Below, one piece after another: positions 12,272-25,279 of a stretch of 64,000 bases of DNA (the stretch's first letter is position 1; the number at the start of each line of letters is the position of its first letter). The notes under the pieces are model-generated. The model was not told the DNA's origin and did no database searches. It saw nothing but the letters and a program-made list of their open reading frames with translations. The stretch lies in contig NEEC01000009.1 of the NCBI GenBank assembly GCA_002189035.1, forward strand, positions 1,922,001 through 1,986,000. Reading direction: 5' to 3'. The position numbers and the translations under genes were made by a program. Origin of the DNA: Utricularia gibba (lineage: Eukaryota > Plantae > Magnoliophyta).

Positions 12272-14154
12272 TCAATGCTTTGGCCCGAAGCTTAGGGGCT
12301 GCTGACATGATGCCTGCAGAAACACCATGACACAGTTGGTACTCCCAGTGACAGGAAAAATGAAGCAAAAGCATAGCAAATGTAATTTACCAATTCCTTC
12401 TAAAAAAATTGTACTATAATTGTTTGTCTTGTAGTGAGGTGTGACTGATGATTTCAAAGCAGTAAAATGAACAGAAAGAACTCTACATAGGAAAAGATAG
12501 CCCACCTGAAAAAATGAATGTCTTAATTGATCGTAAGATTGGGCATACATCATGCTCTGAGTAGGCGGAACATATAAAGCCTCTGGAGGCATGTGTGACA
12601 ATCTGACCGCTGAGTATGGACTCATCAGCTGATTATTGTAGTTGAGAGGGGCTTGATGCGGAGGTACATGCCCAAGCTGTGGAGAAACAGATTCGTAATG
12701 AATAAGTGGTGCATGGAAATTCTGCATTTGGAACGGTGTACGGCTGTTTGCGGTAGACCGAAAGTACCTAAATATCACAGTAGAAAACTAGTGGTTATTC
12801 CCAAGGCAAGAAACGGATTTTCACTTCTAAAAAGAGTGTTTTTTTTTTCTGAGTGCACCAAATGAAGGCTCCAAGCATACGTTCAAGTTTTAAGGCGTCA
12901 CACCTGTCATAACTCCGGTTGTAGTCGGGGTCAGTGCGGTCCTTCTCCCTGTCTTTAAAAATTGCTACTCTTGAAGAACTACTGATATCCCAGCTGCAGA
13001 CACTTCGTTCTGTGTCCAAGCTCTGTTTCTTTGACACTTCATTCTCGTTTGCAGTAACACTCCCGCTATCAGAGCAAATTTGTGGCAATGCAAGATCTGA
13101 CTCAGATGCATTTGAACTACTGAAAATACGAGACCGTGCTCTAGCATACTCCTCCGTCCTGTCTTCAACAGATCTTACATGCCGGCAGCCAGGCCCCTGT
13201 TCATGAGAGCAATTGCTCAAATCACTAGACCTTGGCCGAATAACAATCTTGATTTGCTCAAGCTTCCCATTTTCTGATTCTTTAGCGGGCACATCAGATA
13301 AGCGAACTGAGGGGAATTTGCAGTCTGCTTTCCTTGTAGCGAGAATGCGGATACCACCTACACCATTATTCAAAACCGTGGTCTGCAAATCATAATGCTG
13401 AGCAACACGATGCACTGCAAGGCGAAGATAAGAAGTAGGGAACTGTTGAAATTCGAAGTGCTGTTGATCAGGGCTCTGCAGAAACTTCTGTACATCAAGC
13501 TCCATCCTTAGAACTGCAAAACAAAAAAGCGAAGCAATTATCAAATGCCAACATCAAGCAGCGAGGGTCATTCTTCAATTGTATATTCAAATGGCAACTT
13601 AGTTGGATTTCCTATAAAACATCTGGTAGTTCATGTTTGGTTTAAGAAAATAGTAGAAATGCGCACTTTGAAAGATTTAATCCAGTATCCCACGAATATA
13701 TTCAAAGAATTAGCTCAACGATCGAACACATCGCTGTTGACGTGCACAAATTCTCGACTAAACTTTAATCCTAAAATTTAATCTACACACACCGAACCTC
13801 ATCAAGTACTCAAACCCAATACCAGATAAAGATCCAGCTACAATCAACAGCATAACATCGGGAAGTGGACTCCTACATAAAGATTACCGACCTTCAATCC
13901 TATCCCCAAAATTTAAGTTGACAGAAGCATAAATCTGTTCCTTACATAACCAAGAAAGACACTCAAAGAAAAAAAATAAAAAGGAAAACGCGCCAACTTG
14001 TTAGACGATGACGAGGGTTCTGCAGAGCCTCAACAAGAAACGGATCCACCATAGAAACATAATCAGGTTGGGTTTCCTTCCCCTTGTGCTCCTTTCCGTC
14101 CACAACAGCGGCGTCCTCTTCCAACCCACGAGCTGACTGGGGAGTTAAATCCAT
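12272..14154 (-). CDS. R3H/SUZ single-stranded nucleic-acid-binding protein; exons 14154-13998, 13513-12904, 12767-12506, 12313-12272
   Basis: MVDPFLVEALQNPRHRLTILRMELDVQKFL...FPTSYLRLAVHRVAQHYDL (R3H), RSVEDRTEEYARARSRIF (SUZ) and AIFKDREKDRTDPDYNRSY. Introns are GT-AG and in frame. Confidence 0.92.
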
Positions 14155-16259
14155 AGCCGGAGACAGCCCAGAAAAAAAAAAAAAAGAAAGAAAACCTATC
14201 TACGCACGGCTACAGAGGGAATACACGCCAAAAGGAAGACTTTACGTGAGACATAGTCTCCTACGAGTAGAGCAGGGCAGAGCATCTGGGATTAACCTCC
14301 CAAATCCTTCCCGAAGACAGACACAAGAAACGGAATGGTTTCCAATTTACGTCCACCGGTCAACCTTCTGGGCTCCGTGTACTTCACATGAACCCTAGCA
14401 GACAGAAGATGGGCTGGGCTGGTGACATCTTTTCAGCCCAAATACTATACCAATGTGTTGAATATTTAACAATTTTCACATTAAATTAATTTTAAAGTAT
14501 ATAATTATTTATTTTAATATTATTTAAATGAACAGAGAGAATGTTTATGGGCAGTGGTATTAACTGGGCTTCTCAGGCGGTAGGATATGAGGGTTCAGGC
14601 CCAATAAGCTGCCTCGTTTCCATTCTGAGAGCCTCTGTTTCAGAATTTTTGGACGCGAAAACTGGTTGGCAATGCTGATCCATGTGAGGGAAGATTGCTT
14701 GGATCAACATGAGTTTCATTGAAAAATTTTGGTTTCGTTCGATCGACGCTGATTTGGGTGAGGATTGTTCCAATTTGTAGACCCTCTGATTATCTTGGAG
14801 GAGTTCATTAGCAGATATCGATGTCAATCTTATCTGACATTGGGTTTCGTGTTTTGGGTTTAATTTAAGCCAAGTTTTGTTTTTTTGTTGAGTATTCCTG
14901 GACTGTCCGTTTCAATTTCCAGTTTTCTCCGAATCTGCATTGAAGCTGAAGGATTGATTTCTTGTTGATGTTCCTTTTTATTGCTTGCAGAAGCAAATTA
15001 GGGGTGAGCATGTGAAGCGGGAAACTGGAAACCGAACTGGTATACTATTTCCGATTTTCTAATTCAGTTGTGATGTTGGTTTTCGGTTTAGAATACGAAT
15101 TCGTTATATAGCAAAATAAAAGTATTAAAATAATGAAAATATAAAATGGGGTAGCAGCCAGGTGCTTTAGGAATTGCCGGCGTCTTACGTTGGAGTGAAG
15201 AACAAAAGGAGATTTGGGAGTATTTCTGACAGGATTGTGGAGGACTTTTCCTGCCCACTATCGGAGTTTCCTTTTGTGAATTCTTCTTCCATTTCTTAGA
15301 CAACCCACCACCAAAATTGTGGATTTCACGATACCGAATCGTAGATCTACCGTTGGTTTAGGTGAACTATCTCTTCTGCATTTTCGTTTTCTTCGGATTT
15401 CAGATTCGGGATTCTTTTCTCTCCTCTAAGATTTCTTTTTTTTCTTTTCACATTCCATTTGGACAAATCCAGTTTTATTGGATGCCAATTTTTTGGAAAA
15501 ATATTACGCGAGGTACAAAAAAAGGTTATTTTGTAGTCTAGAATCTGGATTAAAAGGTGTTCAAGCTTTGTAGTTGTAAAGGTTAGTAGTCTCCAATATG
15601 AAACGCAATGTGGATTGAAAATTTTGGGGAAAAAAGATCGTTGTCATTTCGTAATTGCATGTTAATAATCTATGCAAATTTGCATCATTTTTCATTCATT
15701 TCATCCCTGACATTGCAACAAGAGGTAAACTGGGTTTCATGGTTACATAAACTTTTTAGTTGCTCTAGGAAATTGAAGTAAAAACCCTTGGTGTGGATCG
15801 TGGTGCTTGTTGGTTTCGTGCAGTTCCATGCATGAGCATTGCTAGATTGGGCATTTTAGATACTTATCAACACGTCTTTGATTATAGGGGTTGATGAAAA
15901 ACATCAGGATAACCATATATTTAGCGTGCTTTCATTTTCTGGTTTTCCCTGTTAGCAGAAATTGCAAAAAAAAAAAAAAAAAGACTTTTTTTCTGTATTA
16001 CCATACCCAAAATTACATGACTAATTTATTTCGCTTTCTGTATGAAGCAAAATTGGTTTGATATTGGTATCAACATTTTTGTGTAATTCAGGTTTCAGTT
16101 TTTCAGTATTCTGTTCGGTAATGAAGTGAGAAATGGAATTGGCAACCCTAATTCAAATGCAAATTCAAAATACCGTAATGAGCTTTTCAAATGAGGATGC
16201 TGAATTACTGAGATATTTGCTTTTTTTCTTTCACTGGTGTTTTTGTAGGTATATCAAAT

Positions 16260-18629
16260 ATGAATGCAAAAGCTGCCAAGAGAAATGTTGTCGAGAATGG
16301 AGACACTGGGGAGGACTCTGTCCTTGCAACAATGGTTAGTAATGGGGAAGATTTAGGACCAATGGTTAGGCTCTCTTTTGAGACAGGGAAGCCAGAGGCT
16401 CTTGTGCAGCAGCTTAAGAATTTTGTTAAAAAGAAAGAAGTTGAAATTGAAGAGCTTTGTAAGCTGCATTATGAGGAATTTATTATTGCTGTTGATGAGC
16501 TGCGTGGGGTTTTGGTTGATGCTGAAGAGCTGAAGAGTGAGCTATCAAGTGATAACTACAGATTACAGCAAGTTGGGAGTGCATTGCTGGTGAAGCTTGA
16601 AGAGCTTCTTGAATCTTATTCAGTTAAGAAGAATGTTACTGAAGCCATTAAGATGTCAAAGACCTGTGTTCAGGTCTTGGATCTCTGTGTGAAGTGTAAT
16701 ATTCATGTCTCAGAAGGTAGGTTTTATGCAGCGTTGAAGGCCATTGATTTGATTGATAAAAGCTACTTGCAGAACATTCCAGTGAAGGTTGTGAAGATGC
16801 TCATAGCGAAAAGGATACCTGTGCTGAAATCTCATATTGAGAAAAAAGTCTGTGGAGAAGTCAATGAATGGTTAGTTACCATAAGAAGTGCTGCTAAAGA
16901 TATCGGGCAAATCGCCATTGGATGTGCTGCCTCTGCTCGACAGAGAGAAGAAGACATGCTTGCACGTCAAAGGAAGATAGAGGAGCAAAGCAGCTTGGGT
17001 TCAGAGGACTTTACTTACTCTCTAGATGTGGAAGAGATAGATGAAAGTTCTGTTCTCAAATTTGATCTTACACCTCTTTATCGTGCCTGTCATATTCACA
17101 ATTGTCTTGGAATACAAGACCAGTTTCGAGAGTACTATTACAAAAACCGGTTTCTTCAGCTGAAGTCTGACCTGCAGATATCATCAGCCCTCCCATTTCT
17201 TGAGTCACATCAGACCTTTTTGGCTCATATTGCTGGCTACTTCATAGTAGAGGATCGGGTACTGCGGACTGCTTCTGGACTTCTTTCACCCAATAATCTT
17301 GAAACAATGTGGGAAACTGCTGTGGCTAAAGTAACTGCAATCCTGGAGGATCAGTTCTCCCGCATGGATGTGGCTAGTCATCTTCTTCTGGTGAAGAACT
17401 ATGTGACTCTCTTTGGAGCAACACTAAGACAGTATGGTTATGAAGTTGCCCCTATTCTTGGAACGGTGAACAGCAGTCGTGACAAGTATCATGAGATTCT
17501 TTTAGCAGAATGTCGACAGCAGATCACTGATATACTCAGTAATGACACATATGAGCAAATGGTGATAAAGAAGGAATCAGACTACCAGGCAAATGTTCTC
17601 TTTTTCCATCTTCAATCCTCTAGCATTATGCCTGCCTTTCCTTACATTGCTCCTTTCTCATCCATGGTACCTGACTGTTGTCGAGTAGTTCGTTTATTTA
17701 TCAAGGACTCGGTTGATTACTTGTCCTATGGGGCTCAGATAAACTATTTTGACATTGTCCGTCAGTACATGGACAGGCTCTTGATAGATGTCCTGAATGA
17801 GGCCATACTCAACACGATTCATGATGGTGCCACCAGTGTGTCACAAGCAATGCAGATTGCTGCAAACATCTCTGTTTTAGAGCATGCTTGTGATTATTTT
17901 CTTCAGCACGCAGCTCAACAATGTGGGATTCCTGTCAGATCAATCGACAGAGCTCAGAGTGACTTGACTGCCAAGATTGTACTTAAAACTTCACGGGATG
18001 CTGCATACCTTGCTCTCATAAGTTTGGTGAACACAAGATTGGATGAGTTCATGAAGCTGACAGAGAACATCAACTGGACCTCCGAGGAAGCATTGCCTCA
18101 TGGAAATGAGTATATCAAGGAGGTTATCATATATCTTGACACCGTCATGTCGACTGCACAACAAATTCTACCTCTGGAGGCCTTGTATAAAGTTGGGAGT
18201 GGAGCTCTGGAGCATATTTCCAACTCCTATATGGCTGCTTTCCTAAGTGACACAGTGAAGAGATTCTCTGCTAATGCAGTCATGAGCATCAACAATGACC
18301 TGAAATCATTGGAATCATTTGCGGATGATCGGTTCCACTCGACGAGACTGCATGAAATATACAAAGATGGGAGCTTCCGAGAATGCCTGATCGAAGCCCG
18401 GCAACTGATAAATCTTCTGTTAAGCAGTCAGCCTGAAAACTTCATGAACCCTGTGATCAGAGAGAGGCACTACAACTCTTTGGATTATAAGAAGGTGGGA
18501 ATGATCTGCGACAAGTTCAAGGACTCAGCAGATGGACTCTTTGGTAGCCTCTCAAATAGAGCCTCAAAGCAAAGTGCCAAAAAAAAGTCCATGGACACAC
18601 TCAAGAAAAGACTCAAGGATTTCAACTGA
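16260..18629 (+). CDS. SEC15A: Exocyst complex component SEC15A, intronless CDS, 789 aa
   Basis: Single 789-aa ORF with [38 protein letters not shown] and the C-terminus [16 protein letters not shown], typical of plant Sec15. Confidence 0.96.
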   Translation: MNAKAAKRNVVENGDTGEDSVLATMVSNGEDLGPMVRLSFETGKPEALVQQLKNFVKKKEVEIEELCKLHYEEFIIAVDELRGVLVDAEELKSELSSDNYRLQQVGSALLVKLEELLESYSVKKNVTEAIKMSKTCVQVLDLCVKCNIHVSEGRFYAALKAIDLIDKSYLQNIPVKVVKMLIAKRIPVLKSHIEKKVCGEVNEWLVTIRSAAKDIGQIAIGCAASARQREEDMLARQRKIEEQSSLGSEDFTYSLDVEEIDESSVLKFDLTPLYRACHIHNCLGIQDQFREYYYKNRFLQLKSDLQISSALPFLESHQTFLAHIAGYFIVEDRVLRTASGLLSPNNLETMWETAVAKVTAILEDQFSRMDVASHLLLVKNYVTLFGATLRQYGYEVAPILGTVNSSRDKYHEILLAECRQQITDILSNDTYEQMVIKKESDYQANVLFFHLQSSSIMPAFPYIAPFSSMVPDCCRVVRLFIKDSVDYLSYGAQINYFDIVRQYMDRLLIDVLNEAILNTIHDGATSVSQAMQIAANISVLEHACDYFLQHAAQQCGIPVRSIDRAQSDLTAKIVLKTSRDAAYLALISLVNTRLDEFMKLTENINWTSEEALPHGNEYIKEVIIYLDTVMSTAQQILPLEALYKVGSGALEHISNSYMAAFLSDTVKRFSANAVMSINNDLKSLESFADDRFHSTRLHEIYKDGSFRECLIEARQLINLLLSSQPENFMNPVIRERHYNSLDYKKVGMICDKFKDSADGLFGSLSNRASKQSAKKKSMDTLKKRLKDFN

Positions 18630-19001
18630 AAGAAGTTTCTCATCATATTACCGATTCTAATCGTGAGTCTTCTTTCAATTTATGATCGAATCCAGAAATA
18701 CCTAAAATACATCCGTCACACCAAGTCTCAACGAGACCACGGTTCAGAATCACGAGCGCTTCATCGCGCCCGTTCATTCCTGTGCTACATGGAGACCGCA
18801 CCGGCGAACACATCAATCCGATCACTCGCCGTCACTCGCTCTTCCAGTTCGCTAGCCAAGACGCAGGGAAGAAATCATTTCGTTCGCATGCAGAAAATTA
18901 AATGAAATGAAAAATATGGCCCAATGAATGGAAAAGCAGCTTTCCCAAAACGTCGCCGTCTTGGGGAGGAATAAAACCAAAGATATACTCGTAGAATAAA
19001 A

Positions 19002-19058
19002 GCATATTCTCCACTATGTGCTCTGGATATTCTGAAACAGTCATGGCCGTTATATATG
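19002..19058 (+). promoter_or_regulatory. Two P1BS (PHR1-binding, GNATATNC) elements and a TATA-like box in the SPX promoter
   Basis: GCATATTC at 19002-19009, GGATATTC at 19025-19032, and TATATAT at about 19051. Confidence 0.75.
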
Positions 19059-19175
19059 GAAACCACCTCCGCCCTCTTCTTCTTCTTCTACTCTCTTTTC
19101 TTGCGAGAATCTCCTGGGAATTTGTGTTCGATTTCTCGTTCTCCGTTTTTCCGCTGAATTTCTTGTTTTTTGGCG

Positions 19176-20389
19176 ATGAAGTTTGGGAAAAGTTTGAGCA
19201 ATCAGATTGAGGAAACGTTGCCTGAATGGAGGGACAAGTTTTTGTCCTACAAGGAGCTCAAGAAGCGCCTGAAGCTCATAGATCCGAAGCCGCAGCTCTG
19301 TGAGGAGCGGAGGGCGGAGAAGAGGCGGAGGATTGAAGATGGTGTTGGGGAGAAGGGAACGATGACGGAGGAGGAGTCTGACTTCGTTCGTCTTTTGGAG
19401 GATGAGCTTGAGAAGTTTAATGCTTTTTTTGTTGAGAGGGAGGAGGAGTACATCATTAGATTGAAGGTTCGCTTTCTTATTGTTGTTGCTCTATTTTGAC
19501 TGTTGCGTCTTTTGAACTTTGAGACTTTGATTACATAATGTTTATTTGATTTCTGTCGTACGAAAAACTCTTTCTGCCTTGTTGCCAAATGGGATCCCTG
19601 ATTCTCTTCTAACACGAGCTTTGGTAGACTCAACTTTATCTTTGCAGGGCGTTGTTTCTTGTTCTTGTTGACCAACTTCTGTTTGCAATGTCATTTCTTG
19701 GTTATTACTGAAGCATATGCGTATTTTGTTTTACAGGAACTTCAGGATAGAGTGGCAAGATTCGAGGATAGGATGGATGAGATGGATTCTATTCGTAAAG
19801 AAATTGTGGACTTCCACGGAGAGATGATCCTGTTAGAGAATTACAGTGCTCTTAACTACACAGGTAATTCAAAAAATCGATTTTGCTGCCATCTATCCAT
19901 GCGGTGGTCAATGTGCTGCTGCTGCTGCTCGATGAAGGCATCCTTCTTAAAGTGGTTGCCCCTTGTTATTGCACAACAGGACTGGTGAAAATACTTAAGA
20001 AGCATGACAAGCGAACTGGTGCTCTCCTCCGTCTCCCATTCATTCAAAAGGTTGTCCAAGAGCCTTTCTTTACGACAGATTTGCTGTACAAGCTTGTCAA
20101 GGAGTGTGAGAAAATGCTCGACCAGATGTTCCCTGCACATGACACTCCCGAGCCTGCGACGTGCTCAGCACCCGAAAATGGTGTGACGAAAGAAACAAGG
20201 GATCTTGGTGATATAGAGCATATGAAGAGCATGTACATGAAGAGCAGTCTGACTGCTCTGCGGGTTCTGAAAGAAATCCGGAGCGGAAGCTCTACGGTCA
20301 GCGCGTTTTCGCTCCCGCCGCTGCCGAACAGCACGCTCGATGAGTCTTGGAATACTGCTCCTCCTCTTGAACAAGCTGCTGCTAAGTAG
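19176..20389 (+). CDS. SPX: SPX-domain-only protein (SPX1/2-like); exons 19176-19466, 19737-19863, 19980-20389
   Basis: [66 protein letters not shown]. Confidence 0.96.
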
Positions 20390-23106
20390 AATACAGGCGT
20401 ACTAGTCGGGTGTTTGGTGTCTCCCCTGTGCTCTTGAACAAGTTGCTGTGTACGTATTCCGTGGTGCTAACACATAGAAACTTTTGTATCAGTTCAATTT
20501 TCGTGCTCGGCGCTCGCCCGCCCTCTTCGGAATATCCTTCTCCGAATACGAAAAGGAGATCATTTTCTTGTTAATCAAACACGGTCCCAGAAGTTTCCGA
20601 TGGACCGATGAGATTGCATTTGAGGTTCAGACAAGATTCAGTTTGCGTTTTCACCCAAGGTTCTGGGCAACTTATGGCTACGATTCATTCTTGGGCTAAA
20701 GTTTAGAATCGGTAACTAAATTGACAGCCTGAAAGGCCAGGAAGAAATTACGGAATTCCCATTTGACAAAGAGAAATCTTTACAGATGAAAGAAGCGATA
20801 GAGCGAAAGAGGAACCGAAGCTCTCGTGATGACTGCTTTCTTCCTCTTGTTCATCGAAAGTTTATCCTTTTCAGCCGTTTGTGTATAATTATGCTTTGAT
20901 TCTCTGTTGCACAAATCTTGGTGATGGTTCCCTTTTGTCATGCTTCATTGATTGTTCGATGGCTTTGACAACCGCGGTGAATCTGGGAAGTATCGATTGC
21001 TGTTCGTCTAGGGATTTAGCGTTTCAATGCGAGGCGTGAATTCAGTTAGCAAAGGTGGGCGTTCTAGAAACACTGTTTTTGTTGGATTAATATGATCATC
21101 ATGCGGATACGCTGTGGGCAAATTCCCCTATGGTGAAAAATGGAGGAAATGCTGCAGTGGCACCTTTCCAGATCGTGGGTGACGAAGCTCAAATAGTTCA
21201 GGTGATTTCAATGGCGATGGCCAAGCTGTCATACTCTTGAGAAGATAATGTCAGTCTGAAGAAAAAATTGCTGCAGGCCTGGTAAGGCTCTGAGTACCCC
21301 TTCTTAAATAAGCATTGGACAGGTGGCTTACCATGGGATGATTTGGTGAAAATCTTGATTTACCATGATGTTTCTATGCATGTGTTCATCTGTTGCTGTT
21401 TTCTTCATTCAGAACTTACTTTTTCATCGCCGTACCTGACAAATGTCCCTTCTGCTATGACACCTCATACTTGTCCTATATAACTCCCATATCTGAATTA
21501 AGGATTTCTAAGATAACTGGATTTCGAGTGTAAAGCACCCAGTATCGATTTGAGTTGTGGGATTTTTGGAACTCGGTGGATTAGGACTCCTAAAAGCTCT
21601 ACCCCCGTCAATTTTTAGAAGAAGCTACTTTCTCCCTTCATATGCTGTCACTGAACCAAGCACCAGATCTCACAGGTCTGTTATCTCTTCAAATATGACT
21701 GAAAATCCAAACTTTCTCTTCCAGATAGCCATGTGTTGTTTCCGGCATACATGGCCATCGTGCCATCACTAACACTGATCCCCAAGCGTCATCTGCCTGC
21801 TCTGCATTACTTAACTTTCGACCTGGTATCTACATGGATGGCAACACAGTCAGCAGTTTGCAACTTGAAGTTCTAGACAGCATTGGTTTCTGCTCTGGAT
21901 TTCTTGTTATACAGAATCTCTCCATCTCATTCCTGCTGTGAACTGGTGCTGCGAATGCCAAGGGGATGGGGGTGGCGAATGGAGCAAGTTGACTGTGGAC
22001 ATAAATAAATGTGGTAGGATCGTAGGATGGAACCATGGACCAGGCTGTAGAAGCAGCGGCCGCCCCAACTTGAATTATGAATTTGATTATTATATTTATG
22101 AACCAATGTGGTGCTTCTTCCCTCTGGTTTGAAAGAGCCATCTCCAGTCCAGATACATTGAAACCAGTCCCTGCTCAACCCCCATCTCTCCATCCGCCCT
22201 CCCAATGCACAGCCACCCACTTGCTATCTCCAAAAAGAATTGAAAATTAGGTTAATAATAAGATAAAAAACGGAGATTGAATACTTGTTTTTGTGGGTTG
22301 GGTGTTAGAGGACATTGGTGATAATTCAGGGGTTAGGAACCACCGCAGCGACAATTCGTGTCTAGGATCATCTTTTGTCTTTTTTTGTTTTCTGGTAATA
22401 AAGTTTCTATTTTTCGATGGACGTTAAATCCAAGCCACAAATGATTGATATTTTGGATAACAGTGATGGGCTGTCTGATTATTTTTCAAAAGGGAAGGGC
22501 AGAAAATGGTGTTTGGGATTAGGGCCAGGTGCAGGTGCAAGCGGGAAGAGCAGTAGAGTGGTTACGAGGTCATCTTTTTCATAAATGGTGAATTAAGGAC
22601 GCGGTGTCCACGTTGGATCACAAGTGGGAAACATGGAATTGGAGCAACAAGTGGCGGATAAAAAAAATATTTCAAGAAGAAGACGACGGGAGAGGGGTTT
22701 CCGGGGGCGATTCATTGAACGGCTGCGAGAATTCAATGTACTGTGTGGCGGATTGTTTTGACCGTATGCATCTCGAATCCCAGGTTGACACCTCAGCAAT
22801 GCTTGCTTTTACTTTTTTTTCGTTGTTGAAGTTTTTGCTGCTGTGTTCAAAATTCATGCATGTTGCATTTTATATACCTCCAAGTGGAGATTAGTAGGAC
22901 GGGAATCCCAGGCGGAGTTGTTCTTTTCTTCGTCTTTCACACCGCTGTTTTTTCTTTTTTCTCCCTTTGCAGATAGGGTGTTTCTTGCTGAAGGAAATTT
23001 TGGAATTTGCTGTATTATACGGTGTTTTTGGCTCAAATCTTGATCTGGGCTTTTGTTTATCCGTTCGTATGTCTTCCTGTTGAGCGGTATCTCGTTGGGA
23101 GCGGCC

Positions 23107-25279
23107 ATGCCTGGTCTTGTTAAGAGAAAAGGTGAGTTTTTTTTTCATGTTTTCTGCGGTGGGTTGTGGAACTCTTGAAACCTTCTTATGCCGATTTGTC
23201 ATATTTCTGGATCATCTTTCTACCGTTAAATCCTAGTTATAGCTTTTCTTTAGCTGTGGAAGTAAAATGAAAACCTTCGCACTGATGGTGGAAACTTGTT
23301 CATGTGAGACTCCTTGTCTCTGTTTTAGGAATCTATGTGAATATGATTCTCCTGACTAATGCAAGAATTTGGGAAAAAAAAATTCTCTTTCAGTGACGTG
23401 TGACAATTCAAAAACTGCGTGTTCATGATATTCATACAGATTTTCTCATATGTAGATGCTGCTCTGTTATTCTCTATCAACTCCCAATTGGAAGTCTTCA
23501 GTCCACCCAGAAAGCACTCTCGAATCGTTGGCCCATTGTCTGTCAGAAGAAAAGGCATGGACAGAAGGCCTTCACTTGATATGCTCCCTGACGAATGCCT
23601 ATTCGAGATCTTTAGACGAATTCCAAGTGTTCGTGAAAGAAGCATCTCTGCATGTGTTTCCAAGCGATGGCTAACAATCTTGAGTAGCATCCGTCTTTCT
23701 GAGTTTTTCTGGAACACCAAATCCGAGGAAGATGAAGTGGAATGTGATGGATACCTCTCTAGGGCGTGGATAGCCAAAAGGCAGCAGATGTGAGGCTTGC
23801 TGCTATTGCTGTTGGTACTTCAAGTCGTGGAGGACTTGGAAAACTATTGATCCGAGGATGCAACTCTCTTGTCGGTGTTTCTGACCATGGTTTGACAGCC
23901 ATTGCTCGAGGTTGCCCATTTCTGAAGCATCTCTCCATTTGGAGCATATTTTCTATTACAGATAAGGGTCTTCTTGAAATTGCAAGAGAATGCCATTCGC
24001 TAGAGAAGCTTGAGCTTTCTCAACTCCCCTGTATCTCAGACAGCAGTTTAGCAGATATCGCAGAGAAGTGCCCAAACTTGAATGCACTGACCATTGAATC
24101 ATGTCCCAATATAAGCGACCGCAGTCTGCAAGCTTTAGCAAAGTTCTCTTCAAATCTCAAGTCACTTACCATCATAGACTCCCCTCATGTTGGTGATCGT
24201 GGTATTTGTAGCCTCTTGACTTCAGAAACTGTGGCGCTCAGTAAATTGAAGCTTCAAGGACTGAACATCACAGACTACTCAGTTGCAGTGATAGGCTACT
24301 ATGGAAGGGGATCAAAGAACTTTTTCTCTCTGGTCTCCACAGTGTGAGACAGAAGAGCTTGTGGGCTATGGCGAAAGCTAAGGGCCTTTTGTCCCTCTCA
24401 TCCCTGACTATAACTTCATGTGGCGGAATGGGTGACTTGAGCCTAGAAGCTGTGGGGAGAGACATTCGAAGCCTGAAACACTTGTCACTCGGCAAGAATT
24501 GCTCTGTATCTGATGTTGGACTTGTGGCGTTTGTTGAAGCTTCTAGTGCTCTCGAGTCATTGCATCTAGAGGACTGCAGCAGGATCACACAAACAGGGAT
24601 TCTGATGGCACTTTCCAGCTCTCATTCCAAGCTGAAGTCGGTTAAACTGGTAAAGTGCAGTGGTATCAAAGATACCTATACAGAAATCCCTTTTCTTGCT
24701 CCCTGCAATTCCCTTCGGTGTCTTTCCATCCGAAACTGTTCTCTGGCCGGCGACCCAACTGTGAATATTCTTGGAAAGCTCTGTCCCCAAGTTCACCATT
24801 TAGATCTCAGTGGACTTCATAGAGTTACAGATGGTGGTCTGCTTTCATTCGTGGAGGGATGTGAAGCTCTTTCTAAGGTCACTATCAGCAACTGCTCCAA
24901 TTTGAGTGATGAATTGATCATGACCCTCTGCACACTCCATGGCAGAACCCTGAAGCTCCTGAACGTCGACGGCTGTCACAGAATCACTGATACAAGCTTG
25001 GAAGCAGTTGCAGGAAACTGCCCCTTGCTCAACGATCTTGATCTATCCAAGTGTTCTATCACGGATCATGGCATCAGAGCCTTATCCAACGGAGTGCAGC
25101 AGAATTTGCAGGTTCTTTCTCTATCTGGCTGCCCCATGATCTCAAATGGAAGCCTACCTGCTCTAGAAAAATTGGGAAAGACGCTCCTTGGCTTGAATCT
25201 TCAGAACTGCCGTTCGATCTCCACTGCCTCCATCGAGCTTCTCTCTGAGAACATATGGAAATGCGATCTTCTCTACTGA
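23107..25279 (+). CDS. EBF: EIN3-binding F-box (EBF1/2-like) F-box/LRR protein; micro exon 23107-23131 plus exon 23456-25279, with two apparent 1-nt deletions (23762-23764, 24307-24310)
   Basis: Short first exon MPGLVKRKG, then SPPRKHSRI, F-box LPDECLFEIFRRIP..ERSISACVSKRWL, AADVRLAAIAVGTSSRGGLGKL, many Cys-containing LRRs and the C-terminus WKCDLLY. Confidence 0.92.

Noticed and set aside
20664-20680. GGGCAACTT resembling the start of an IPS1/miR399 mimic site; also CAGGGCA...TTGGCA at about 3345-3360 and TAGGGCAAC at 45201
   Set aside because: The rest of the miR399-complementary sequence (CCTTTGGCA at the right spacing) is missing in all three.
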